A stretch of DNA of 64,000 nt from an uncultured Solirubrobacterales bacterium (GTDB lineage: Bacteria > Actinomycetota > Thermoleophilia > Solirubrobacterales > 70-9): positions 68,920-132,919 of the forward strand of contig CAWDDE010000003.1 in assembly GCA_963801055.1 (NCBI GenBank). Reading direction: 5' to 3'. How positions within the stretch are numbered: the stretch's first letter is position 1; each line of letters starts with the position of its first letter. This document shows, piece after piece, positions 30,027 to 42,188 of the stretch. A program made the translations under genes and the position numbers. The notes below the pieces were generated by a model. That model worked only from the letters and a program-made list of their open reading frames with translations. It ran no database searches and was not told the origin of the DNA.

Positions 30027-30538
30027 GCCGAGGTCCGGGGGTCCTCGCCCTCGCCCTGGGCGAAGTCCTCGGGGGTGACGTTGTCGAGGAACTCCTTGAA
30101 CTTGTCGACGACCTGCTCGGTGTCCTCGACCTCCTCGCCCTCGAACTCGATGGCCGACTCCTCGATCACCTCGTCGGCGGCGAAGATCGGCGCCGAGGTC
30201 CGCACCGCCAAGGCCAGAGCGTCGGAGGGCCGGGAGTCGATCTCGACCTCGGAGCCGTTCATCGAGATCGTGATCGAGGCGAAGAAAGTGTTGTCCCGCA
30301 GCTCGGTGACCGAGACCTTCTCGCACTTGGCCTCCATCTGATCGAGCACGTCGGAGAGCAGGTCGTGGGTCATCGGCCGTGGAGTCGATGCCCCCTGGAG
30401 CTTCATCAGGATGGCCGCGGCCTCCGGGTGGCCGATCCAGATCGGCAGGAACTTGTTGCCGTCCACTGTCTTCAGCAAGACGATCGGCTGCTTGCCGACC
30501 ATGTCGAAGCTGACGCCGTAGATGGTCATTCGCTGCAC
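29807..30538 (-). CDS. Bifunctional nuclease (BFN/DUF151) family protein; 3' end doubtful
   Basis: GVSFDMVGKQPIVLLKTVDGNKFLPIWIGHPEAAAI and IDSRPSDALALAVR. The open frame runs about 220 nt into convergent ddl as low-complexity sequence, so the true stop may be earlier. Confidence 0.7.
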   Translation of the reverse strand: MQRMTIYGVSFDMVGKQPIVLLKTVDGNKFLPIWIGHPEAAAILMKLQGASTPRPMTHDLLSDVLDQMEAKCEKVSVTELRDNTFFASITISMNGSEVEIDSRPSDALALAVRTSAPIFAADEVIEESAIEFEGEEVEDTEQVVDKFKEFLDNVTPEDFAQGEGEDPRTSAQAGSVASLAGRSRALARMRSTRLVKSIPAASAAIGKRLVSVRPGIAFTSSTCGPSVSSIRSTRAKPLQPSVS

Positions 30539-30633
30539 GAAGGTCTCCTCGTCAGGGCCGCACGGATTATAGGAGCGGCCCAAAGCGCGCTAGATGGCCT
30601 GGGACACGACCCTCGAGTAACTGGGGGCTGGAG

Positions 30634-30707
<74 letters not shown>

Positions 30708-30733
30708 GCGGGTTGGCGATTCTAGCTCGCGGA

Positions 30734-31594
30734 TCAGGACCGCTTCCGAAGCCGGCGGGCGAGCGACTCCAGCTCGGCGAGGTCGTCGAAGTGGAACTCC
30801 GCCTTGACGCCATTGCCGTCGCGCCGCACCCGGACGTCCCGGCCGATGGCCGAGCCCAGCAGGTCCTCCGCGTCCGCCATCGCCGCGCGCTCCTCGGCGG
30901 AGACCCGGCCGCCGCTCGCCGCCTTTCTCCGCCGGGGGCCCTCCTCGGCGCGCCGCTCGGTGTCCCGCACCGACCAGCCCTGGGCCGCAGCCTGCTTGGC
31001 GAGCAGGCTGCGGCGACCCTGATCGGGGACCTGGAGAATGGCCCGCCCGTGGCCCTCGGTGAGGTCGCCTCGCTCGAGCAAGGTGAGCGCCGAGTCGGGC
31101 AGATCGAGGAGGCGGATCAGGTTGGAGATCGCGGCGCGGCTTCGGCCCACCCTGCGGGCGAGCTCCTCTTTGGAGATGCCGAGATCATCGACCAGCGACG
31201 CGCAGGCTCGGGCCTCCTCCACCGGATTGAGGTCCTCCCGCACCATGTTCTCGATCAACGCAGCCTGCAGGCGCTCGTCCTCCGGCGAGCTCCGTACCAC
31301 GGCCGGAACCCGGCCGATGCCGGCCTTCTGGGCCGCACGCCAGCGGCGCTCGCCCGCGACCAGCTCGTAGCGCCCGTCGTCGAGGGGGCGAACGATCAGC
31401 GGCTGGAGCAGCCCGACCGACCCGATCGAGCCGGCCAGGGCGTCCAATGCGGCGGCGTCGAACTTGGCGCGCGGCTGCTCTGGGTTCGGCTCGATCTGGG
31501 TGACGTCGAGCTCGCGAAGCTCGGGCCCGCCCGCGGAGCTCTCCGGCAGAATCGCCGCCAGACCGCGCCCCATCCCGCGTCGACGCTCAGCCAT
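30734..31594 (-). CDS. parB: Chromosome partitioning protein ParB/Spo0J
   Basis: MAERRRGMGRGLAAIL, IEPNPEQPR, LQPLIVRP, GERRWRAA and an HTH segment. The ATG overlaps the parA stop. Confidence 0.9.
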   Translation of the reverse strand: MAERRRGMGRGLAAILPESSAGGPELRELDVTQIEPNPEQPRAKFDAAALDALAGSIGSVGLLQPLIVRPLDDGRYELVAGERRWRAAQKAGIGRVPAVVRSSPEDERLQAALIENMVREDLNPVEEARACASLVDDLGISKEELARRVGRSRAAISNLIRLLDLPDSALTLLERGDLTEGHGRAILQVPDQGRRSLLAKQAAAQGWSVRDTERRAEEGPRRRKAASGGRVSAEERAAMADAEDLLGSAIGRDVRVRRDGNGVKAEFHFDDLAELESLARRLRKRS

Positions 31595-32357
31595 TCGCCA
31601 CTCCGAGGGCGAGCACCTCGTCGGCGAGGGCGCGATATGCCCGCGAGCCGCTGGACTTGGGGTCGTGCTCGGAGACCGGGACCCCATAACTCGGGGCCTC
31701 CGCGATCCGGACGCTGCGCGGGACGACGGTCTTGAACACCCGCGCCGGCAGGTGCTCGCGGAGCTCACGCTCGACGTCGCGGGCCAGCCGGGTCCGGTCG
31801 TCGTGCATCGTGATCAGCACGCCCGCCATCTCGAGCGATGGGTTGAGCTCCTGACGGACCAGCTTCAGCGTGTCCAGGAACTGCACCAGCCCCTCCAGCG
31901 CAAGGTACTCGGCCTGAACCGGAACGATCACCTCGTCGGCGGCGACGAGTGCGTTGACCGCCACCGGTCCGAGCGACGGTGGGCAGTCGAGCAACGTTGA
32001 GGCGAATCGCTCCCTCACCGGGCCGAGACCATCACGCAGCCTGGTCTCGTAACCACCTGTGCGCGGCAGCTCGACTGCGGCCCCGACCAGATCCACATGC
32101 GCCGGAACTATCCACAGGTTGTCCGGGCCCGCCGGGCGCGCGGCCTCGGCGACGGATACCTCGCCCGTGAGGCAGTCATACGACGAAGGGTTGGAGTCCT
32201 TCGGCAGGCCAAGCGCAACCGTGGCGTTGCATTGCGCGTCGAGGTCGACGATCAGCGTCTGCTGCCCATCGGCGGCGACGCAGGCGCCCATGTTGACCGC
32301 GGTGGTCGTCTTGCCGACGCCCCCCTTCTGGTTCGCAATCGCGTAGACGGTTCCCAT
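31587..32357 (-). CDS. parA: Chromosome partitioning ATPase ParA/Soj
   Basis: VYAIANQKGGVGKTTTAVN deviant Walker A, LIVDLDAQCN and LLDCPPSLG. Confidence 0.9.
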   Translation of the reverse strand: MGTVYAIANQKGGVGKTTTAVNMGACVAADGQQTLIVDLDAQCNATVALGLPKDSNPSSYDCLTGEVSVAEAARPAGPDNLWIVPAHVDLVGAAVELPRTGGYETRLRDGLGPVRERFASTLLDCPPSLGPVAVNALVAADEVIVPVQAEYLALEGLVQFLDTLKLVRQELNPSLEMAGVLITMHDDRTRLARDVERELREHLPARVFKTVVPRSVRIAEAPSYGVPVSEHDPKSSGSRAYRALADEVLALGVANG

Positions 32358-32433
32358 CGACTTGGTTCGGTCTCAGTTTGGTTCGGATCCGAACGGCCGC
32401 TTCGCCGCCATGCCGGGGCGCCGCGGCAGCTCC

Positions 32434-33051
32434 TTACGGAGTTGGTCCATTCTTGCGAAGCAGGTGGATGTGTCTGTCGCGGCTGCCGGGATAAGGCTGC
32501 ACCGAGCGGATCTCGATGGGCTCCAGGGCGAGCCGCTCCACCGCGCGGGCGAGCTCTGCCTCCTCGTTCTCGGAACGAGCCCCCTTCCAGGCAACGAGGA
32601 CGCCACCGTCGCGGAGCAACGGCGAGGCGAGCTCGGCCAGCGTGGCGAGCCTCCCCACTGCCCGGGCGGTGACTGCGTCGTAGGCCTCGCGCCCTTCCGC
32701 AGAGGCCCACTCCTCGGAGCGCTCGCAGACCACCGCGGCATTGCGCAGCCCCATGCGCTCGATCGCAGCGCCCATGAACTCGCACTTGCGGACGACGGAC
32801 TCGATCAGGTCGACGCGTGCGTGCGCGAGTTCGGCGGCGAGCACCAATCCCGGCAGTCCCGCCCCGCTGCCCAGGTCGGCAATCCGCCGCGCCGAGCGCA
32901 GGGGCTCCAGCACGAGGCCGGTGAGCGAGTCGGCGATGTGGACGTCCCGGGCGCGCGGGACGGTCGAGGCCGAGATGGGGGCGCGCGCCTCCGCCAGCAT
33001 CTCGAGCAGCGTCTCGATGGCTGGCTCCGCCTCGGGCGAGATGGCGCTCAA
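32434..33051 (-). CDS. rsmG: 16S rRNA (guanine527-N7)-methyltransferase
   Basis: IADLGSGAGLPGLVLA SAM motif, VTARAV and LLRDGGVLVAWKG. Conserved position between parA and jag. Confidence 0.85.
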   Translation of the reverse strand: MSAISPEAEPAIETLLEMLAEARAPISASTVPRARDVHIADSLTGLVLEPLRSARRIADLGSGAGLPGLVLAAELAHARVDLIESVVRKCEFMGAAIERMGLRNAAVVCERSEEWASAEGREAYDAVTARAVGRLATLAELASPLLRDGGVLVAWKGARSENEEAELARAVERLALEPIEIRSVQPYPGSRDRHIHLLRKNGPTP

Positions 33052-33116
33052 TCCGGGAGCGGGTCGATGGGAGTTAGGCGGGCGCGCTGCGTCATCTGCG
33101 CGTGCGGATAACCAGA

Positions 33117-33614
33117 TCAGCCCTCCAGGAGGGGTGCGACCACCACGTAGCGGTTGGGCTCGTCGCCCTCGCTGTAGGTCTCGATCTCGGGGCGGTCGCG
33201 CAGGTACTCGTGCACGACGCGGCGCTCGTTCGAGCCCATCGGATCCATCTCCACGGCCTGGCCGTGGCGGACCGCGTCCTCGGCGGCCATGTCGGCTCGG
33301 CGGCGGAGCGACTCACCCTGGCGGCGGCGGTAGCCGGCTGCGTCGACCGTGACCCGCTTGCGGTCCTGGCGGCCGCGGAAGGCGGCCTGATAGCAGAGCA
33401 ACTGGACCGCATCGATCGTCTGGCCGTGGCGGCCAATCAGGAGGCCGACGTCCTCGCCCTCGATGTCGGCGTGGATCTCGTCCTCGCCCTCCTCAACAGC
33501 AACGGACGCGTCCAGTCCGAGCTCCTCGACGATGCGCTCGAGCAGCACCCGAACCCGCTCGGCTGGTTCCTCGGGCAGGACCGTGGGCTCAGATTCCACT
33601 CCTCCTTCAGCCAC
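33117..33614 (-). CDS. jag: Jag/KhpB-type RNA-binding protein (KH plus R3H domains)
   Basis: LLIGRHGQTIDAVQLL (KH) and MGSNERRVVHEYL (R3H). Directly downstream of yidC. Confidence 0.85.
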   Translation of the reverse strand: MAEGGVESEPTVLPEEPAERVRVLLERIVEELGLDASVAVEEGEDEIHADIEGEDVGLLIGRHGQTIDAVQLLCYQAAFRGRQDRKRVTVDAAGYRRRQGESLRRRADMAAEDAVRHGQAVEMDPMGSNERRVVHEYLRDRPEIETYSEGDEPNRYVVVAPLLEG

Positions 33615-33649
33615 GCGCGGAGTCTAGGTGCGCACGGCCGTCGGCGTAC

Positions 33650-34408
33650 CTAGCGACGTCGCTTCCGCTTCCGCGGAGGGGGCGGAGGGGGCTTTGCCGC
33701 CTTGACCTCCTGCGGCGTCGGCACCGACGGTAACGGCCAGACGAAGTGGATCACCGTCTGCTGCCCGATCTGCCAGAGGCCGCTGGCGATGAAGTAGACG
33801 GCGATCCCGGCCGGAGCATTGGGAATCAGGAAGACGGTGACGAGGGAGAAGACCCCCGCGAACAGGTAGCGCTGGGTGTTGCCCCCGGTGGTCTGCGGCG
33901 AGGGGGTGAAGATGATCAGTGCGAAGGTCCCAGCGACAGCGAGCAAGACGAGAACGACGGTCTCCGCGCCGGTTGGGTGCTCGCCGAGGTGGTTGATGAA
34001 GAGCCAGCCCGGGTCCCCCGAGGCGATCAGCTCGTCCTTGAAGGTGGTGCTGCGCAGGAGGTTGTAGAGCGCGATGAAGACCGGAAACTGGAAGACCAGC
34101 GGAAGGCAAGCGGAGAGCGGGTTGACGCCGTGCTCCTGGAAGAGGGCCATCTGCTCGCGCTGCATGCGCTGGCGGTCGTCCTTGTACTTCTCCTGGATCT
34201 CCTTCAGGTACGGCTGGAGCGCCTGCATCTCCCGCATGCCGTGCATCGACCGGAGGGTGAACGGCAACACGACCAGACGCGAGAGCCAGGTGATCAACAC
34301 GATCCCGAGTCCCCAGGCGATCCCGACGTCGTCGTACAGCCAGGTGATGACCTCGTTGAAGAGATCCTCGAGTTGGGAGATGACCGGGATAGCGGCGTAG
34401 AGGAACAC
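33650..34408 (-). CDS. yidC: Membrane protein insertase YidC (short form)
   Basis: LPFTLRSMHGMREMQALQPYLKEIQEKYKDDRQRMQREQMALFQEHGVNPLSACLPLVFQFPVFIALY. Confidence 0.9.
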   Translation of the reverse strand: MFLYAAIPVISQLEDLFNEVITWLYDDVGIAWGLGIVLITWLSRLVVLPFTLRSMHGMREMQALQPYLKEIQEKYKDDRQRMQREQMALFQEHGVNPLSACLPLVFQFPVFIALYNLLRSTTFKDELIASGDPGWLFINHLGEHPTGAETVVLVLLAVAGTFALIIFTPSPQTTGGNTQRYLFAGVFSLVTVFLIPNAPAGIAVYFIASGLWQIGQQTVIHFVWPLPSVPTPQEVKAAKPPPPPPRKRKRRR

Positions 34409-34417
34409 GTACGACTC

Positions 34418-34732
34418 CTACGTCGGGTCGAGGCGGTTGGATCCGGCGGGGGGGTGCGCGCGGCCCTGGGCCCGCTCCGACCGTGTCGGGGTGTTCCGGA
34501 AGAGCCGCCGGTCGGAGAGCTCGTCGACGCCCCCGTGACTGAACGGGTTGCAGCGCAGCAGGCGCCAGCCGGCAAGGACCGTCCCGCGGATCGGACCGAG
34601 CTCGCGGATCGCCTCCACCGCGTAGGCGGAACAGGTCGGGTAGTAGCGGCAACGCGGCGCGATCGCGGGCGAGATCCAGCGCTGATAGAGGCGGATCGGA
34701 GCGAGCAGGATCGCGATCAGGATCCGTTTCAC
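34418..34732 (-). CDS. yidD: Membrane protein insertion efficiency factor YidD
   Basis: IRLYQRWISPAIAPRCRYYPTCSAYAVEAI...RCNPFSHGG. Confidence 0.9.
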   Translation of the reverse strand: MKRILIAILLAPIRLYQRWISPAIAPRCRYYPTCSAYAVEAIRELGPIRGTVLAGWRLLRCNPFSHGGVDELSDRRLFRNTPTRSERAQGRAHPPAGSNRLDPT

Positions 34733-35124
34733 GACAAACGCTCCTCGCCGGAATCCCCGGCGTCACTCAAAAGCTCGGCGAGCGAGCCCTGAATCCCTTC
34801 CTGACCCTCACGCTCGAGTAGACCCTCAGACCCGGGCCGAGCGACGATTACATAGTCCATCCCCGGCTCGATCCGAGCGGAGAGCTGCCAGAAGGCCTCC
34901 CGGACGGCCCGCTTCACCTTGTTCCGCGTGACCGCCTTGCCGATCTTGCGGCCCACCGAGAGGCCGAGACGAGCACCATCTGACGGCTCGTCGTCGCGCC
35001 GGGCGAAGGAATGCAGCACCAGGAAGCGGTTCGCGCGCGATTTGCCCTCGCGGTAGACGCGATCGAAATCGCCGCTCCGGGAGAGACGACGCCGACGGGC
35101 ATCCGAGCGGCCCTCGGAAGACAA
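34729..35124 (-). CDS. rnpA: Ribonuclease P protein component
   Basis: RLSRSGDFDRVYREGKS, GLSVGRKIGKAVTRNKVKRAVREAF. TTG start at 35124, just after the rpmH stop. The longer ORF-track N-terminus overlaps rpmH and is rejected. Confidence 0.85.
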   Translation of the reverse strand: MSSEGRSDARRRRLSRSGDFDRVYREGKSRANRFLVLHSFARRDDEPSDGARLGLSVGRKIGKAVTRNKVKRAVREAFWQLSARIEPGMDYVIVARPGSEGLLEREGQEGIQGSLAELLSDAGDSGEERLS

Positions 35125-35126
35125 CG

Positions 35127-35261
35127 CTACGGGGTGAGGCGCTTGCGGCCCTTTTGACGCCGGCGCCTCAGGATCGCGCGGCCGGAACGGGTCCGGCTCC
35201 GGGCTCGAAATCCGTGGGTCCGCGCTCGCTTGCGCTTCTTCGGCTGATAGGTCCGCTTCAT
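35127..35261 (-). CDS. rpmH: 50S ribosomal protein L34
   Basis: [44 protein letters not shown] (44 aa). Confidence 0.95.
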   Translation of the reverse strand: MKRTYQPKKRKRARTHGFRARSRTRSGRAILRRRRQKGRKRLTP

Positions 35262-35485
35262 CAGGAGGGCCCAAATGGAGAGGGCGAAGGGCAGGGCAGT
35301 ATACGGCGTGGCCCCCATACCTTCCCGCATCCGCACAGCCCGGCAGGGGCCATCCCGGTTTTCACCGCGTTTTGCACGGAGAGCGCCGAGCTCCCCTTTC
35401 GAGCCGCTGGAGCCGAGCCTATGATCGGCCGCTCGGCTCGATGAGCGAACGGCGACGGAGGAGGACCAGGTTCAGGGGCAGGTTC

Positions 35486-36837
35486 GTGACGCCGGCCGGG
35501 ACCTGAGCGGTCCCTGGCGCGAGATCCAGCGAGAACTGGCCGCCTCCGTCCCCGAGGACACCTACCGCCTCTGGTTCTCTCCACTCTCCCCCGTCTCCCG
35601 GCGTGGAGCCACCCTGTATCTGACCGGCCCGCAGCGTGTCTTACGCTGGGTCGGCCGCCGCTACATGGATTTACTCCGTGCCGCCACCGCCAGGGCGGTC
35701 GACGGCATCCGCGAGGTCGAGCTGGTCGTCCCGGACATCGCTCCGCCGGGCAGCGCGGCTCACGACGAGGCGGCGTGCCGCGTCACGCTCAACCCCGACT
35801 ACACCTTCGAGCGCTTCGTCATCGGTCCCGGCAACCAGCTCGCCCACGCCGCAGCCCTGGCGGTCGCCGAGGCCCCCGGCGAGGCCTACAACCCACTCTT
35901 CCTCCACGGGCCCCCCGGGCTCGGCAAGACCCACCTCCTCGGCTCGATCGCCAACTACCTTCATCGCCACAGCCCGCAGCTGGCCGTTCACTACACCACG
36001 GCAGAGTCCTTCACCAACGAGTTCGTCTCCTCTCTGCACAGCGCCGCCATCGATGGCTTCAAGGAGCGCTACCGGCGCGCTGACGTGCTGTTGATCGACG
36101 ACGTCCAGTTCCTCCAAGGCAAGGCCCGCACCGCCGACGAGTTCTTCCACACCTTCAACGCCTTCTACGAGGGTGGTGCCCAACTCGTCCTGACCGCCGA
36201 TCGCGTGCCGGCCGAGCTCTCCGCGCTCGCCGAGCGCCTGCGGGATCGCTTCGAGTGGGGGCTCACCGTCCCGCTCGAGCCACCCGACCTCGCCACCCGC
36301 CTGGTCTTCCTCGGCAACCTCGCCCGCGAGCAGAGCGAGTCCATGCCGGCCGACGCGCTGCGGGCGCTCGCCTCCAAGACCTCATCCAACCTCCGCGTGC
36401 TCAAAGGGGCGCTGACCCGCGTCGTCGCCCGCTCCTCGCTGACCGCCTCCGCCGTCACCCCGGCGTTCGTTGACAGTGCCCTCCCCGCCGACACAATCGC
36501 TCCACATCCGCCCGCACGCCCGAATGCTCGTCAAATCCAGGAAGCCGTGGCCACCAAGCTCGGGCTGAGCCGTCGACGACATCCTCTCCCCCAGCCGCAC
36601 CGCTCCCGTCGCCCGGGCGCGTCAGCTCGCCATGTACCTGACCCGCGAGCTCACCGACCTCTCCCTTCCGGCAATCGCGCAGGCCTTCAACCGCCGCGAT
36701 CACACCACGGTCCTGCACGCCATCCGCAGGGTCGAGCGGGGTGCCCTCGAGGACGCCAGCGTCTCGCGCGCACGATCGAGGAGCTCACCTCAGAGCTCCG
36801 TTCGAGATCGACCAGTACGAACCCGGACGAATCGTGA
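35486..36837 (+). pseudogene. dnaA: Chromosomal replication initiator DnaA; frame breaks near 35495 (if the GTG at 35486 is the start), 36575 and 36765
   Basis: Domain I WREIQRELAASVPEDTYRLWFSPL is readable upstream of the ORF-track ATG at 35665 but has no canonical in-frame start. AAA+ motifs are GPPGLGKTHLL and LLIDDVQFL. Domain [52 protein letters not shown] lies in a second frame (ORF 36632..). Confidence 0.85.
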
Positions 36838-36868
36838 CCGAACCGATTGAAAGAATCGAATCGGAGGC

Positions 36869-36893
36869 TGTCCACATATCCACGCCATCCACA
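36869..36893 (+). promoter_or_regulatory. Three abutting DnaA-box-like 8-mers (TGTCCACA, TATCCACG, CATCCACA) in the dnaA-dnaN spacer; candidate oriC core
   Basis: Read directly as ctgTCCACAtaTCCACGccaTCCACAa. Flanked by comparatively AT-rich stretches (gattgaaagaatcgaatc and cttactactcctaggaacgatcaacaac). Confidence 0.55.
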
Positions 36894-36929
36894 ACCCTTA
36901 CTACTCCTAGGAACGATCAACAACCGGCA

Positions 36930-38035
36930 ATGAAGATCAACACCACACGCCAAGCGCTTCTCGATGCGCTCGCTCGTCGTCTCGCGAGCAGTGTCCGCCC
37001 GCGCCGCGCTGCAGGTGCTCTCAGGGATCCTGATCACCGCGAACGGTGAGGCACGCCTGCGCGCAACGGACATGGAGCTCGGCCTCGAGGTCGGCCTTGA
37101 CGGCAAGATGGAGGGCGGAGGCTCGGTCGTGCTGCCCGGGCGCCTGCTGGTCGAGGTCGCGCGTTCTTTACCGGACGGGCCGGTCAGCATGGCTTTCCGC
37201 GAGGCCGAGCGCGACATCGAGCTCAGCGCCGGCTCCTCTCGCTTCCACCTGCGCACCCTTCCGGCGGACGACTTCCCGCGCTTCCCCGAGACCGAGGGTG
37301 AGCCGGTCGAGCTGCCCGGCGGCGCCGCTGCGCGACACGATCAACCGGGTGGCCCGCGCCGCCTCGCGTGACGAGGCGCGGCCGGTTCTGACCGGGGTCC
37401 TGGTCACGGTCGAGGGCGAACGAGATGACGATGGTCGCCACCGACTCCTACCGCCTCGCGGTGAAGATGACGAAGCTCGAGACCCGGTCGCGGAGCGGCT
37501 CGAGGCCAACGTCCCGGCCCGGGCGCTGCGCGAGCTGGCGCGCCTGATCGAGGCCGGTGGTGAGGATTCGCTGAGCGTCTGGCTGACCCGCAACCAGGCG
37601 ATCTTCCGGGTGGGGCCGACCTCGCTCAGCTCGCGGCTGATCGATGGTCAGTTCCCGAACCATGCACAGCTTCTGCCGGAGTCCTACGAGCACGAGGTGA
37701 AGCTGCCCCGGGCGGAACTGCTCGAGGTGACCAGACGGGTGTCGCAGCTCGCACAGCGAAACGCGGCGCTGCGGCTCTCGTTCTCGGAGGGCGAGCTGGT
37801 GGTCTCGGCCGAGACCCCGGACCTCGGCGACGCGCGCGAGGCCCTTCCGGCCCCCTACTCGGGTGAGCTGCTCGAGATCGGCTTCAACCCCGAGTTCGTC
37901 AGGGACGGACTGGAGAGCATCGACTCCGATGACGTCGTCCTCAAGCTGATCTCCCCGCTCCGCCCGGGCCTGCTGGAGCCCGTCGACGCCGACGACTTCA
38001 GCTACCTGGTGATGCCGATTCGTCTCAACGTGTAG
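36930..38035 (+). pseudogene. dnaN: DNA polymerase III beta sliding clamp; about 4 frame breaks (near 36970, 37320, 37418, 37482)
   Basis: MKINTTRQALLDAL, then VSARAALQVLSGILITANGEARLRATDMELG in a second frame, then LRDTINRVARAASRDEARPVLTGVLV in a third. MVATDSYRLAV is offset again. The C-terminus is LLEIGFNPEFVRDGL...YLVMPIRLNV. Confidence 0.85.
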
Positions 38036-38082
38036 GTCATGAGAGGGGGCGCCGGACGCGAAGCGGAGGAGCCACCCGATTA

Positions 38083-39167
38083 ATGTCGGTCGTCGGCGCA
38101 GTCGAGTGCCGCGGGTTTCGCAACCTCGCCGACGCGCGTACCGCGCTCGCCGCCGGCGATCGTGGTCGTTCACGGCGCGAACGGCGCCGGCAAGACGAAC
38201 CTGCTCGAGGCGATCTACTTCGGCCTCACCGGTCGGTCCTTCAGGGCCGGCAATGACCGGGACATGATTCGCTTCGGAGAGCAGGGCGCGCGCGTCGAGC
38301 TCGACCTGGTGGCGAGCGGCGGCGCGCTTGCTTGCGGCGCTCGATCGCTCCGGGGAGCGACGGCACCTGCTGGCGGGCAGGCCGCTCGCTGGCGACCCCG
38401 GACGAGCGCCCCCTGGTGAGCGTCTTCCACCCCGATCGGCTGCAGCTCGTCAAGGGCTCCCCTGCCCACCGCCGAGCCCACCTGGACCGGTTCTGCGGCG
38501 CCATCTGGCCCGCCCGGGCCGACCTCCGCCGCCGATTCGGCCGAACCCTCGCCCAGCGCAACGCCCTGGTTGCGCGAATCCGGGCGGGACTCGGGAGGTC
38601 CGGAGTCCCTGCCGTCCTGGGACGAGCGCTTGGCGGCCGAGGCGGAGCCACTGATCGCGGCCCGCGCGGAGGCCGTCGATGCGCTCGCCGGGACCTTCAC
38701 GGAACTCGGGGAGGGCCTCGGACTTCCGGAGGCCGAGATCTCCTATCGGCCGCGCGCAGCCGGGGGTCGCGAGCAGCTGGCCGCCGGAGCTCGCCCGCCG
38801 GCGCGCGGAGGACCTGGGCCGAGCCTACACCTCGTACGGCCCCCAGCTCGATGAGGTGGAGCTCCGGATCGCCGGCGAGGCCGCTACGCCGGTTCGGCTC
38901 TCAGGGCCAGCAGCGCCTCGCCCTGCTCGCGCTCCTGTTCGCCGAGCGCGCCGCCCTGCTCGAGGCGGGGCGCGCCGGCCGCCTCTGATGCTGCTCGATG
39001 ACGTGATGAGCGAGCTCGATCCGGGGCACCGGCAGCTGCTCGTCTCGCTGCTCGAGACGGGGCGGACAGGCCGTGATCACCGCCACCGAGGCCGCCCACG
39101 TGCCCTCAGCCGGCGCGCTGCGGATCGAGGTCACCGACGGAGCGGTCGCGGCGGCCCGCCGCGCTGA
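38083..39167 (+). pseudogene. recF: DNA replication and repair protein RecF; roughly 8 frame breaks
   Basis: MSVVGAVECRGFRNLAD, VVHGANGAGKTNLLEAIYFGLTGRSFR (Walker A), VFHPDRLQLVKGSPAHRRAHLDR, GSQGQQRLALLALLFAE (signature) and LMLLDDVMSELD (Walker B) are found across all three frames. The 3' end is approximate. Confidence 0.75.
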
Positions 39168-39174
39168 GGGCGGC

Positions 39175-39490
39175 GTGAGGCGCCGGCGCGCACCCCGGCC
39201 GCTCGGCGCACGGCATCGAGCGAGGCGCTCGAGCGGGCCGAGCCGGCGACGCTGCTCGCGGCGGTGCAGAGCGCCTGGCCCGGCGGCGGTGGGGGAGGCG
39301 ATCGCGCGCGAGGCGACCCCCGTCTCCGAGCGCTCCGGGGTGGTCACGGTGGCCTGCAGCTCGTCCGACCTGGGCCCAGGAACTGGACCTTCTCGGGGGG
39401 CCAGATCCTGGAGAAAATCAGGCCGAATCTGCCCTCGCGGGAGCCCTCTCGAGGGCCTCAGGTTCACCGCCTCGGGCGGATCCCGGCTGA
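39175..39490 (+). pseudogene. DUF721 (RecF-associated, DciA-like) protein; several frame breaks; both ends approximate
   Basis: LERAEPATLLAAVQSAWP, AVGEAIAREATPVSERSGVVTVACSSS and WAQELDLLGGQILEKI are readable in different frames. The position between recF and gyrB is conserved. Confidence 0.55.
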
Positions 39491-39669
39491 TTTTTCATTT
39501 AATTCGTCGTTTGCAGGGACTTTATGCTCCTTTGGCGCAATTTCCGGGGCTCTCGACTGGTAGACTTATGTGTACTTGAGTGAGGCCTCGACCCTCTTGT
39601 CCGCAAGGACTTTCCGAGCCGGGTCACGAAGGTCGTAGGCATCCCCTGATTGGACCGAAAGGAAGCTGA

Positions 39670-42175
<2,506 letters not shown>

Positions 42176-42188
42176 GGGGAGGTGACCG

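Noticed and set aside
34729-35336. Extended N-termini given by the ORF track for rnpA (181 aa) and rpmH (69 aa).
   Set aside because: The conserved proteins start at internal codons: a TTG at 35124 for rnpA and the MKRTYQP ATG at 35261 for rpmH. The extensions would overlap the upstream gene or the origin-proximal spacer and have non-coding-like composition.
35262-35485. rpmH-dnaA intergenic region as the replication origin.
   Set aside because: By eye it contains no TCCACA or TGTGGA DnaA-box cores; the closest is atccGcaca. It is not notably AT-rich. The box cluster is in the dnaA-dnaN spacer instead.
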